From positions 3,534,001 through 3,598,000 of the forward strand of contig NC_087249.1 of the NCBI RefSeq assembly GCF_037042905.1: a DNA stretch of 64,000 nucleotides. The letters run 5' to 3'. The number at the start of each line of letters is the position of its first letter. Within the stretch, counting starts at the first letter, position 1. The stretch comes from Lytechinus pictus (lineage: Eukaryota). A program made the translations under genes and the position numbers. Shown piece after piece: positions 14,070 to 27,900 of the stretch. The notes under the pieces were generated by a model. That model did not search any database, had not been told where the DNA came from, and was given only the letters and a program-made list of their open reading frames with translations.

Positions 14070-17000
14070 TAAATAATGAAGTACACGAAGGCCAACCCTG
14101 CATGGAGCTACCATAGAGCTATTACAGAAGGAGAACCATCTTCCAATTCCTCTGTTAATCCTTTGTTATTGCTTCCTTCGGGCGAAGGAACGATATCTAA
14201 CATCAATCGGCGAGCCGCCAGGCAAAAGTTAGAGCCCGCTTACATAACGTGATAAGCCCGCTCGTAAAATCTGTGGTCAGAGATTCTTTTGAAGGTCCCT
14301 GCGAGGCACCGCCGTAAACAACGTTCTCCCACATAACTTCTCTTCGAGCTCAGTGTTTTTTCAAAATCGAAACACGACTTGCTGTACGTCTTTTATGTAT
14401 GGTTGAACTTCTGAGATGATCCCCTTTGCATACATACCAAATACGTTACAATCTCATTCGACTCAACAAAATTACAAACAGAGAAAGTTGAAGATTGGTC
14501 ATTTTAGGTACGTATGTCTGTCTTTCTTCCGTAGTTGTAAATATTTCCCTGCTCGTACATGTTTTAGAAATTATAATAACGTGAAAAAGCATACTTTGAG
14601 CTTAATTTTTATGCAAGATCATTTGCGTGATTACAATGGCCTTGAAAATATAACGACGAATCTGCGGGGCATTTCTACATCGATTGATGCATCGTCGAGT
14701 ATCTTCCGGTGCCCCACGTACTCCTATTTGTGTAAGTTGAAGTTGAGTGTGACGCTTGAGCTCGCGCGCTCAGCTCATTCACACAGTACAGGCCTCAGCT
14801 CCGGGCCGTTTCGGAAAAATATTAGGATTTACGCACTTGAAGAGATAGATCTAGACCTAACTTTTATGATATTTCGTTGATTATGATCTGTAAATTTTAT
14901 TTATATTAATATTACCCACTGGGTCCGAATGATGGCGTTTTAAATTGCATTTGATCAACTTTCCCCATCAGATTTAGGGCTGATTTACAGGCGGCATGCG
15001 CCTGCAAGTGTGAAAGTGCCGTGATGGACCACCCTGCTGTGAGGGGATTAGCGGTGCCGCGCATGGGGCAAAGCGTTCGAGAGAGTCAGTCCTCCTTCAG
15101 TAATAGCTCCATGGAGGCTACATACATGTACATGTACAGTAAGTTTGATCCTAGGCACAGGTCTTTGAACCTGGCATTTTATCTTCTTTGTTTCTTTCAT
15201 AGTACTGTACATCATATATGTATATGCTCAAGAAAGTGCTACATGTATGAAAACAAAAATCAATGACCCCCCCCCCCCCCTTCTCAGCTCAGCATGACTG
15301 AAAATGTGCACAAATTACATGTATGTGTATGGATTACCATATTTTAAGAGAAACCCATGATGTAAAGAATGATGAATATCACAAAAACATGTTTTTTTAC
15401 GTAAGATAAAGTGGGCAACCATAAATGACAAACATGTACATCCCTAGGCTGAAAAAAATGAGTCATTTCCCTGCCTTGCTAATTGAGTATCACCTATAGA
15501 AGGAAGATCCCATTTCAGAGGTAATGGTTCCAAATATAACCTTTGATTCATGGTGTTAGAGACAAAAGATTATCAAATACATGTAAAGAATAAACACTAG
15601 ATGTATACAAGGACATATGTACATGTAGATGTAAAAAAGAAATACACATCCAGCTTTCGTTTCTGAGAAATAGAGGTTTACTGTGGAAGGATGAGTTGTT
15701 GCTCATTCAGATGGGTGCAATGAAGCTCAAAACAACAATCATCAACAAAAATGTATAAAACACTTAAATCATATTTTGTCAAAAGACAAGAGTTAATCTG
15801 CACTCTTCACACCAATCAAATTCTTTTTTAAAAAATAGCAGAATTAGCACACACTGAAACAACTCAGCACAAAATATTCTGCCCAAAGATCACAGGCAAA
15901 CTAACAAAATCAATTCATTTTTTTTTCTTCAAAACTATAAAAACATGAATATGATATGGTAAAATAAGTAATTTTAAAGCCTACACATACTTTAGTACAT
16001 ACATGTATGTACATGACATTATGGTGTCCTTTGTAAGATAATGATCCTGCCCAATATTTACAAAGTGATAATAGTTACACATCAATTGAAAGTAATATTA
16101 ATCCTTCTGAGTCGAAAGAGAAAATACATACATAGGGGTAACATTTGTTTTTTTATCTTAAGGTCAAATTGTTAACAAAATGGCAAAATGACGGTTTTGA
16201 CTCAGCCCTAACCAGAAGTTTCACATAATGAAAATGTCATTTAATTATACAGTTCAACAATCGCAATACATGATTTTTATAATTAATATCTGGTTTGGAT
16301 CCAAGTCAAAGAAAAGCTGGACACAAGACACCAGCTTTAGAAATACTTTCAACAATAGAGAATTTTGCCCTCAGTACAGTCAAGATCACCTCCGAAATTC
16401 TTAAAACACCTTTCTTTCATGCAACTACATGTATTTCATTCAGAAACAAATTATATACTACAATTGAATTTTGAAACAATATTTACTATGTTAGATAATA
16501 CTTCCTCACATACAATATATGTGTAGTGCCTACAGTACACCTCGAGACATATTTGTACAATATTGTATTTAAAGGTACAGCTACATGTAATGAAGAATTA
16601 TTCAAAAACATATTAAGATCATGATTGATAGTTAGGATAAGTCAGTCAAATTACCTACCAGTATTGTATCTGATTATAAGAAAAGTACCAAGATGAAAAC
16701 AAAATTTTAATCTTTCAAATATGATCAAAAACTGAAAAAATATATCTTGAGGGTTTATTGATTAAATAACGTGAAAGACATCAAGAGTTTTATATACCCG
16801 GTAACTTGTTCTATTTTGCAGTCCTGAAATTAATATTTTGTTTTCACCAATCGCATGAAGCTGAGGCCTGAGGGCCAAGTCTGATCATGTATGACATTAT
16901 TTTTTTCTTAATATTTTTTATGACTTTACTTATATTCATGTATACTTTTTTGTTCAATCTAGACACAAACAAGATGCAACATGGAGCAGTGGTTCCTGAA

Positions 17001-17384
17001 TCACAATGCTTTAAAGGGATGAAAATTTTAATTGAACATACATTACTTCTAATGAAAATTTCTTTTGATCAATTTAGTAGTATTATTTTCAAACTTATGC
17101 ATTTTAACAATGATTACGTGATATTAAGAGAGAAATAATGAGCAGACCCTTGTAAATAGAAACTGTGACTAATGGAGGCCAAAATCACAATTTTTGTGTC
17201 TAGAATGGCTCATGATTTTAGACCATACCATACTTCAACTAGCTCTTTACAAGAAAAGCATGAGACAATTTCAACTTGATATTAATACTAAGTACTGCAT
17301 GATGTCACAGCTACATGTACATGTACATGTATCATATAAAAATACTTGCTCATTATTTCTCTTTTTATAAAGAGGGAGTACAAT

Positions 17385-17675
17385 AAGTTATACCCCTTCA
17401 AGATCCTTACGTTCCTCCTTTTCCAATTCTCTTGTTACCCCCAAAATTTCCAAAACCTGGGGTGAAAGATCATTTGCTTACTCATCCTCTAAGCTATGGA
17501 ATAGCCTCCCTCAAAACATCAAACAATGCTTGACTTCTGAAACTTTTAAACATTACCTCAAAACATTTCTGTTCAATTCTTCTTAATTTCTTTTATAATT
17601 TCCTAAAAAGCGCCTTGAGCACTCTACAGAGTGGATTTGGCCCGATATAAGTCTAATTATTATTATTATTATTAT
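17385..17675 (+). mobile_element. 5'-truncated L2-type LINE 3' end with (ATT)n tail
   Basis: Encodes [11 protein letters not shown]...WGERSF...[29 protein letters not shown], a typical LINE ORF2 C-terminus. This is followed by the 3' motif AAGCGCCTTGAGC and an ATT tail. Nearly identical to 59337-59690. Confidence 0.85.
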
Positions 17676-19432
17676 ATACCGAAAAAGTAAAAAATATATG
17701 AAAGCTCTAAAGGCAGACTTAACTCAGTCTCACTATTATTTTCAGAACTCGCTCCGATAGAGCTAATTTCAAAGTGTTGCATTATGGTGCAGTGCATTGC
17801 AGTACGCTCGCTAATGCAACCCTTCTACATAAGCCCCCCCCCCCCCCATTTTTTCAAAGTGTTGCTGAGATTGGAGTGGTGCGATGTTAAAGCAACCTCA
17901 TGACTTTCGAGACAACCGGGGGAGTGCTATTCTCTAAAGGATGTGCTATTAAGATACATGTAGCCCCTCCCCTCATGTAAAATACACACACAACCAGTGC
18001 ATTCATCATAATGAAGCAGCAGTTACATGTACTCCATGGTCAGCGTCCTACTTTCCGCTCACTCCCCCCTTCAAATCTATTCCATAGTTTCTGGTCATTC
18101 GTTTTGAATTGGGCCAGTAAATAGGTGGATTTGTGACATCTGCGCAACAATTTTTGGTATATTCCTTTAATTTTCTCTGCTGGAAATACAAAATATGTTG
18201 TAGGCCTATTTGGTGTCAAAATAAAGCCTATGATGAGAGCAGTAACCTCATACCAAAGTCATTTTAAAAATAAAGTTGTTTCCCCTCTAAATAAGTGTTT
18301 AATTTATAGCAACATGTGAAGGGTGGAGGATAATCAGGAGCAAATTCTCCTAGGAATAAAAAATGGCAATTTTATTAAAGTTGTTGGTTACTTCTAAAGC
18401 ATACAGATGTACACTCTATGCCATTTTAGAATTTAAGTGCATTTTTGTTAATTTCAGTTAATTTCCTATCAGAAAATGTATACCGGTATCTGCAGTCAAT
18501 TCGGTAAACTCAGTCATAATAACAATACAATACAGGCTAATTAACTCTACTTTTGAGGCTTTGAATCAGACTACAAATTTTGCCTCCATTTTTAATTAAA
18601 AAAAAAACTTTGAAAAGATCATTCAAGGCGAGACTCAAATCTGCGTTGCGTCAATGATCTTGACTATAGAAAATCACATGATTGAAAAAAAATGATAGTG
18701 CATATGATTAACCCTATCGCTTGCCTACTTTACTAGTTTAGTTATTGCACCATACCAGATATGATTATTTACGAGTTGAGCCTGAGATGAGCTGCATGAT
18801 ATATGCGCAGCCCCCCGCGCAGCCTGATGCCTGAGTGATCGTGTTGCATTGCCTGTTGGTAGTGACTATGTTCCTCCGAAATACTCCAAAGGTCCAAGTC
18901 AGAGTTTTAACTGGGGGTTGGAACTGTCAAAGTCACAAAGGGTCAAAGTCAAAGTTACTATCCTGAAAAAGTGAAAGAATATCTTTTTTATTTATGACTA
19001 TGTCTATGAGGCGTAGATTTCTAGTCTGGCTAAATAAACCTTATCGTCATGATCGTTTACTGTGTCTGCCGAATCGACATCAATATTACTAGTCTTGACT
19101 CCTCTGGTCGGGCTACTTCATTTCATTTGCTTTTTTTCTGACACAGAAACATGAATTAATCTATGCAATGGGCGCATCATAAAAATCGCACGCGCTGGGA
19201 ATTGTAATGGACTACGAGTCCGACTACCACTACCGTACACTAGGCTTCATCAGTTTCATGTTTTCAGGACGCAAAAAGTCAATCCGCCCGCGCCCAACTT
19301 CCACTTCACTCGTCGTTATCTTAATAACTGCTCAAAAACAATACACCAACAAACAAAACACAGCTGCACATCAACCATCTGATATCACGGACAAAAAGGA
19401 TAATAAAATATATAACAAGAAAAAGAACATAC

Positions 19433-19660
19433 CAGTAACTTTCTGCCCCCGGTTTCTGCCCTTCTCCGAGCACGAACCAAAGTAAATTTATTATGGCTTG
19501 TTAATCGGATCGATTCCTATATAACGGACATAGAAAACTAGGTGCGCACCCGGTACCCGATCCGTGGGACGCAGCCTAACCGGTAACGAGGATACGAAGG
19601 CGAAGCACAGGACTTAGGGCTATAGGGTGGGGCTGATTCTAGAGAGGCCAAAGTCACCCC
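19433..19660 (-). promoter_or_regulatory. Probable CpG-rich promoter and non-coding first exon of the OTUD7 gene
   Basis: Locally CpG-rich, with a minus-strand donor TG|GTATGT at 19433/19432. It sits where the CpG-depleted gene-body domain ends. The TSS is not determined. Confidence 0.45.
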
Positions 19661-20844
19661 CCCTCCAAGAATAAGAGGGATAAGATAAAAGGGGAATATA
19701 GAACAAGAAAATGAAAGAGAGGGGGAAAAAAGAGGAGACGGAAGATAAGAGAATGATTGATAATAAAAAAAAAATCGTATTACCGGTTGAGTGAGATGGA
19801 TAACAATCTGCTCAAGTCTCAAGAGCATGTTTCCTATATAGTCAATATACACACATAAATATTCTCGAAATTTTTCATTATTTTGTTGTAGCGATCGAGA
19901 TGAACATCTTTACGAAAGAGTGCTAAGAATATTTAAAGAAAATGTTTAGCTCGCGCTGCACACTCGCAGCTGATTACTGAGGTAGGCATATACGTAGCCT
20001 CTGATTTCCCACAAACAGTCCTTGAAATATTCCCTTTCAGGGCAGCGTATCAAATATTTCCAGTTTGAATTAATCATTGTTTAGTTTATGTACAAAATTG
20101 CTTAGTAGAGCCATAACCGTAGGAAGCAGGGGGCAGCACCTGCCATATGACATAAATGAAAATTTTCACAAAATTCAACTCAAGTGTGCACAAAATCTTT
20201 TAATTTCACTTTAGAAAGTGCTAAAACGCCCCCGATGATGACAAGCTCCGTTGATTCGTTCCTACGCTTTTGAGTTTGATATAAAAAATTACGCGTCTTG
20301 CCCCCCATCCCCGTCCAGAAAAAAAAATTATGCCTACGACCATGCTTAGAATGTCCCGTTATTAGGGGTCTAAATCGCCCCCCCCCCCCAAAAAAAAAAA
20401 AAAAAAATAGTTCGCACATACTTCACATCATCATTGTTATTTAGTGAGATAAATCATATCCTCTTCACAATTTTCCAGTTTTCAGGTCGGGAATTCAGCT
20501 ATAATGTGCGATCGCACTCGCATACTTTGACTGGTGAGATATGCACTAGCGGTTTACAAAATATATACATGGAGAATTTCCCTGGCCCGTGCATGCTATA
20601 CATAACTTTTTACGTTCAACTTTAAATAGATTACCCAAGAAAAGGTTATGGCACTGAAAAAAAGTTTCATATCTCTTTATTTTCATAATTATTATTCATG
20701 TTATCTATTTCTAGAAAACTATTATGTTTTTTTACCTTTCGTTAAATATATCATTTGTTTTTAATTTGAGGTAAAAATGTAAATAATGATCTAAAGCTTT
20801 TGTAAAGGCCAATAAAGTGAATTTTACTCGAGCATCCGAAAACC

Positions 20845-20980
20845 CTGGGGAGCGTTTATGAAAGTGATTTGTCCGACAAGTCCTGTTTTATCCGACAGTT
20901 ACCATAGCAACAGTGCTTCTCTGTCAATCAAAATCAAGGAAAGTGTCAGAGCTGACAAACTGTCGGACAAAAATGTTGAT
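20845..20980. repeat. Short interspersed repeat, MITE-like fragment
   Basis: Starts CTGGGGAGCGTTTATGAAA and has internal inverted TTGTCCGACA/TGTCGGACAA. A related degenerate copy appears to lie at about 3484-3615. Confidence 0.45.
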
Positions 20981-22679
20981 ATTTTCATATTTTCATTTAG
21001 TATTTTATTTTGATCAAGCAGATCAAAATGAATTTTCAAGTGACATAATTAATTCTATCATTTACCATGTTTACAGTCAGTGGTGTGCATATCACTGTTT
21101 TGTGAATATAAATGATTTGAAGCCATAGATTTATTTTACATTTCATTTTGATTAAATGTTTTGATTTTCCTTTCTCAATTGAATTGACAGACATTTTCCT
21201 CACGACTGTGTATAATTTACCCTTTCTTGCGTACTTCTCTTAGTTCTCATTACTTTTGTGTTTTGCTCTATTCTAAGCACCTTCAGCATTTAATCAAAAT
21301 GGAAAAGACGCTATATAAATCGTACGTATTGTTATTTTATTATTTAATTCAAAATCTCTGGGTGTAAAATTGACCTTTGATAATATAATCTAAAACATCA
21401 TTGGAATCCGGGCTTAATTTCCAATGTGACACTTACAAACATGACAGCAGAGATTATGAACAAAAACTGCAAAATAAAAGTTTCGTTTTTAGGTAAATTT
21501 TGAATGGATCCCTTGACCTCTGCATGTGCTCAGTAGAAAGCAATTTATTTATTTTTTACAAAGCTGCTTACTACATGAAGTTTGCAGTATTATTACTTGA
21601 TACTTGATGAGATAATTCCTCATTCAGCTCCAAAAAGCTAAACTAGAATGAACTTTGCAATATGTCGAGAAAGATTGGTGTCATCATGATAGTGATGATC
21701 TCTACAATAAAAGGAAAGTGAAGAGCAAGAAAAGTTTGATTAAACAAGACGTGTTTGGAATTCAAAACCACCATGCTTCATTTATTGAATATTGAATAAC
21801 TGTTTAACTATAACGTTCATAAAGTAAACACGTACTAAACATTGTTGTACAACATTTTAAACAGAGTTTATATTGTCACAGTATATTGTTTCTCTCCCAT
21901 CGATGCCCATTGATGTTGCATACAAAAGTGTTGCTGACATTGACAATGACAATGATTTTATTTACCCATGTCACCCTAATTCGGGTATTGGGGACACTAT
22001 CATAGAACATAACATATTCAAAATCATTTCAATTATATTTACAAAGTATTTACAAATATATACAATCACATATTTACAGAGTAATGGAATGAATACTACA
22101 TGAAATTACTTTAGAGACGTAACTGTCAGTGAAAGGTATGATGTGTCTCTAAATCGATTGGTGAGAGAAGGGGGAGAGACAAAAAAGGAAAAGAAGAAAA
22201 GAAAGAAGGAAAAACAAAAGGGGAAGAGAAAAAAAGAAAGAACAAAAAGATAAATGATGGTAATAACAATAACAATAGTGTTAAAATAAACAATACTAAC
22301 AACAATGATAATAAATGATAACAATAACGGTATATAGACAAATAGACGAATGAATGCGTGTTATAGGATTCAAAAAGTGGAACTGCAATGCAAAGGCACC
22401 GATATGTGAATAAAAAGTGAAAATATAATTCTAATATAGGTCTATATTGGACTTTTATTTTATAAAAATTTGAGAGAATTAAGACTTATTTTCCCTTTAC
22501 CTAATAATTGTTTAATTACATACATGAACGTGATTTCAAAAAGAAAATGTTAACATAAATATTTTATTTATTTATTTATTAAACTTATCCATTATAATGC
22601 TGCAAAATTTTGATAAATTTATCAATGTTGACATTTTGGAAGAATTGAAAAGCTTAAACATTTTTAATGCATTTGCTGA

Positions 22680-22989
22680 ACCTGCTGGGCCGTGGCGACG
22701 TACGCGTCTAAACTAGGTTATGAATATTCATTAGAATATTCAGCGTAGGCGCACGTTCATTGGATAAAAGTTCTTGTTACGTCACGCTCGAGCTTGCAGT
22801 CTAGTCAGGGCCCGTGCAGTCGCATAGCAACCTGAACTTTCCAGCTTCACATGAGCTAATAGCAGCGTACAAGCGAACACGTTGATTGAAACTCTTCGAT
22901 ATATTTTAAGAGTGTTTTTTATCACGTTTGTGGTAAAAGTTTTTATTCTACCGCTCAACATCCGCTTGCGAGAAATTCACAGTGAGCAG
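22680..22989 (+). promoter_or_regulatory. Promoter and non-coding first exon of the coiled-coil kinase gene
   Basis: CpG-rich patch with an inverted CCAAT (ATTGG ~22759), a CRE-like TTACGTCA (~22776) and an X-box-like GTCGCATAGCAAC (22819-22831). A strong donor CAG|GTGAGT follows at 22989. Confidence 0.6.
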
Positions 22990-23597
22990 GTGAGTTCTTC
23001 ATATATTTTCAAGAAATCTGCAAAGCCTTTTGAAAATAACAGAAGAAACAAATTATTTTGTATGTTGCCTAAACATCACTCATATTATTCATTCCTTATC
23101 TTAATATGAAAAAAAAAACACTATGCTTTATATACTTTCATTTCACGACAATTGTCGCATGAAGCAATATATATATTCAATAAGAACACTTTTGTTTAAA
23201 TCATTATGGAGACCTATGATTTTATATCACGAAGTCATTGTTGTATTAACACTTAACTTTTACTGGATCCACAAGAGATGATCAGGTATATTCACACAGT
23301 TTCACTTTGTTTTAGAATGAGTATCACATCGAAGCATACCAACAGACTTCTTCCTCTATTGGCTGAGAAGCCAGTAAGGAATAAGGGTGATCTAGTTTAC
23401 CCTACTATTAAGAAATCACTGATGGCACGTCAAGTGGACCAATTCAAGACCAAAAAAGTCCGAAATGAGGCAAGTAAAGTGTTATACACTCTCATAAAGT
23501 TTGGTTCAAATATGAACCAACTTATCTATCTCGGATTCGGAACGAGGATGCGGCGGGAGAGAATTATTGAGTGAATAAAACTCAGAGCCAAAAACTC

Positions 23598-23908
23598 GGC
23601 CCGTATTCTGAAGTCGGGTTTAACTTTGACCACGGTCTAACTCTGTGCTAAAATTATGGGGAGCCAAAAATTCAAAAATTCCGTTTGTATTGTATATTTC
23701 TTATGTTTACTATTTTGTTTCCTTTTGCTTTCATAATGAAGAAAATCCTTCAGTTATCATTCTCAGACAATTATAAACAATTTGAGTGTCAAATGAGTTA
23801 ATCAATTGGATGTGTACTGTTAAGGATTTGTGCCACAATTGGCTCTCCATACTTAAACCACAACTTTAAACCAGGGTTTAATTTAAACCCGAGTTCAGAA
23901 TACGGGCC
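23598..23908. mobile_element. MITE with long TIRs
   Basis: GGCCCGTATTCTGAAGTCGGGTTTAA ... TTAAACCCGAGTTCAGAATACGGGCC; no clear TSD. Confidence 0.8.
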
Positions 23909-24953
23909 ATAGAGTGGGGATAACTAGAGAAAGAGCAAGAGAGAGAGAGTGAGTGAGAGAGAGGGGCAGACAGACGGGGAGAAAGAGAAAGAAGGGGGAA
24001 GGACAGGGAGGACAGAGATATGGGGCGTAGTAATATTTCCATCTTAAACATTATTCTATTAAAAAAGCCTAATCACTTTATCCGATATAAGTTACACATC
24101 CAATGTTAAATGCTGATTTTTCAGGAAACGAGAGAGGTTTGAACATTTTTCAATTTTTTTAATACATTTTTTAGGGGGTGGCAACCTCTAAAACAGGTCT
24201 TGTTGGCAAAAATAATAACAGTATTTGGGGGGGTAAATGATAAAAAAGAATAAATGAATATAAAAAGACATCAAGGTTTTATTTCTAAGTAATCACGGGG
24301 GAGTGGGGGGATTCCTTTTGCCTTTTCCTTATATTGGCGGCCCATCCGGGGGTTGCATGGGCCAACTTGGAATTGGGCACCGATTTTCAGTACCAAACAG
24401 GCTGAGACGATATGCATTACGACATTGCATCAGTTGTGTTTGAGGAATGATTTGTTTACACTAGAATTATTGACTCTTCTGGTAGATCGAATAAACAATT
24501 ATTATTTATCTTTATCTCTCGATAAAGCATTTACCTAAATAGCAATTACTCGTGACCTTTTGATGACATTAAGCTTTACAGTCTTCACAAACTTTTTGAT
24601 CACTCCCGAGCGAGTGATTATTGTTTCAGTAAAAACAAAAGAGAAGATAAGGTGTGCTCCCTACACATTACAGTCATGAAACCACAAAGGTTTTACCGTA
24701 AATTTGTCTCAAACTGCATGTTTAATATCTCAATATTTCAATGTAATTAAAGTGGATAACATTTGAACCTAGTTTGGGAAGTGAGACAAGGAATATTTCC
24801 CATATGTAATTATTTTTTTTTTTTAGGGGTGATTACATTTTAAAATATTGATTTCTTTAGGACGTGCAAATAGTGCTGAAATTTCTTCGGGAATCTTTTG
24901 ATTTTGAGCCTACTACCAACCCGGCAGACACGGTCAGTAAACTGAGGTTTAAG

Positions 24954-27900
24954 ATGGCTAGTGCAGATAATAAAATCGAAAGAATGAAGGAACAATTAAA
25001 GGTAAAATCATATTAATGTCTTTGTCCATTTATTAATAACATTAGTTAAGCAATCTGTAGAGTAGATATCTGTTTCATTATCAATTTCTATTGAAAAAAA
25101 TAAAAATAAAAACATGAAAAGTGAATGAATATTTAATTGAAATTGATTTTGTTTATTTTTCGTGTTTTTTAAAAACATTCTTTTCACCATTTAAAGTGAT
25201 ATTCACCTTGACATTTTTTTTGTTTACACTGGCAGATGAGAAAAGTAAGAACAAGGCTTCAAGTTTGATAAATATATGTACAGTATATTGTCGTACATTG
25301 AATATCACAGGAGATGATTAATTCGTTAAAGTAGAAGTATGGCTTGAAATAAGACATGATTTCAGTTTGGAAAAGAGAAATATAAACTAATAAAAAAATA
25401 TCTCAAGGTATTGCAAGAAGAAGAGAACAACCGCATATATAGGACCTTCCAATGGAATTGAATAAAATATCATCGACTTCCGCTTAAAAACCCCCAAAAG
25501 TAAAAGGTAGCTTGAATTAAATCTATTTTCATAAACCATTGTCAAAATGGAAGAAAGAACAATTCTCATAGAAAGGGGGGAAGGGGGATATGCATATGGG
25601 GAGGGGGTGTTACTATTTCTGAGCATATGTGATTTAAGTTCCCCCCTACCGACATCATGCTTATGATAAAATAACAAAGGTGCAACTTGAATGATAAGGG
25701 TCACGCAGCGTTGTCACACTTTGAGATTCAGTAGTTTCGTCATAATAAACGAGAGCTTCATATGTGTGATGCAACTTTTGTGTAGGTCCTGTTTAGAGAA
25801 TATGTTGATATGAGCATTCGTAAGACAAGGAGTGGCAGTTTTATATCATTATTTGACTGGAAAGGCGACCTGACTACATAGACCGTGCGTTTTCATTTCA
25901 TCCTTGAATCCTTCGATAAAGCGTAATATAAAGTAAAAACGATGTCACAATCTCCTATGTTCACATCTACCCTAGATGACTACTAATGCATGATCATTAT
26001 GCTTGACTTTACTCGGGAATGGAGGGACGGTCCATATTACCCCCCCCAAAAAAAAAAAAAAAAATCTTAATTTTCTTATCATCTTTCCATTTCAACAATT
26101 GATCCACAGACTTCTACTAACATCACTATAATCCGTCCATAACCATGATTTCTATCTTCGGGTCTTTCTGCATGCACCAAACGATTTCAATTCACGTTTT
26201 ACTTTTTCCTTTAAGGCTTTATTAATTTTTCTTAATAAAAGCCTATCTTGCACGCTCTCTCCTTTTCTCTTTTACATTCCCCTTATGCAGGGGCGGATCC
26301 AGGATTTTCCAAAAGGTGGGGGCACATTTTTCGGAGGAAAAATATGACAAGCCCCCCCCCCAAAAAAAAGGGGGTTTTAACCAAAAAAGTCTTCACTTTC
26401 AAAAGAGGGGGCACACCTCTGTTTTAATGGCATTTTTACATTACAAATTTTAATTTTGCTTCTCAAAAAGGGGGGGGGGGGCACGGACCAGATGTGTTCC
26501 CCTGGATAAGTGTCCTTATGTTCTTCCACAATAATATACCCTTCCCCCTCTCCAACCCTCCCCCTCTCTCTGAGTGTAACTCTTTATTCTTCTCTCTCCT
26601 CTCCCTTTCTCTCCCCCTCTCGCTTCCTTTTTAATTCCCCTAACTCATTCTCACAACCCTTCTCTGACTGCGTGCCTGTACTTACCCTCTGATCTCTACA
26701 CCTTCCTCTTTCGCCCCTCCCGCTCTCACCTCCTTTTCGCCTCTTGTTTTAAAGGACCACGATGTTCTCTTGTTTGACGTGCAAGGGGAACTAGGTCTAG
26801 GATCTGAGACCAACCCAGCTAGAACTGCAAGATCCTTCAGGAATTTCGTTCAAACCTCTAAAGAACGCGTTACTCGTCTAAAAAAGAACATAAAGGTGAA
26901 AATTTATGAGATTACTGATGTTATTGTTTGCGGGGGCCGAGGGTATTCACCACACTTTTCTTTATTATACTTTTACAAAAATATGAAAAATTATCATTTA
27001 TTCAGATTGTTATTTTTTGCAAGGGATCCTAGGAAATTATCACCATAATTATCTTAGGAAACAATACACCTTGATATGTGAAATGAGTTTTTTTAGTACA
27101 GATAATATAATCATACAGATTATTTCAACGATTTGCGGCATATAAGTCGATACATGATTTATGTAGCTTATATTTACTTGAAGAATACATTCGTATACTG
27201 GAATGGAAGTGGGGTAAATACTCCGAGTACTTTTCGGGGGTGCGGTTCTAAGCTCTGGAGCTCGAACGAACCACGCATTAAGGAAGGGAGGAGGTAGGTG
27301 ATGATGAAGATTAAATGTAGTACATGTACATCACTTAACAATTTTTGTTTTAAAACTCTTTTTTTTGTACTACAGGGTAACGAGGTCCTCGTAAAGGCTT
27401 GCAAGGGACTAACAGGTGTGTCTGGTCCCCTTGCTCCTGATGGGTTAGCCGATCTCCTCACATCCAGCTGGAGCAAACAGAAACATGTCATATCACAGCT
27501 TAAGATCGAAATCCAGGTATATACATTTTGACGAAATGAAAATATATAATTATCAATTTTCTTGATTTTGACTGTACAAAAACATACATCACGGAATATT
27601 CAGACCCGATTGGACCCCTGTGGCATATAATGAGAAAGAAAAAAGGAATCGGGCCTGCAAAATTCATGATTCTCGAAAATTATACTCATTTTAAGCAAAA
27701 TCTTCTGCATGTATATAACAATTAACATTTATAACGATGAACATACGAAATGATATTCCAATTCAAGATTCAATGCAAATTATTTATTTTATTGTACGTC
27801 TCTGTTTTGAAAAATATAGTCCTAAATCAAGTTGACAGAATGATAAAACGGAGTGACATCTATCATAAGCAGATGGGAGTTGCTGCTACCCTGTTTGGCG

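Noticed and set aside
20571-20582. kappaB-like site GGAGAATTTCCC between the divergent promoters
   Set aside because: A single imperfect short match, within what looks like repeat-derived sequence; expected by chance.
20899-20912. Strong RFX X-box GTTACCATAGCAAC
   Set aside because: It lies inside an interspersed repeat about 2 kb from the inferred TSS, so it is no evidence of function by itself.
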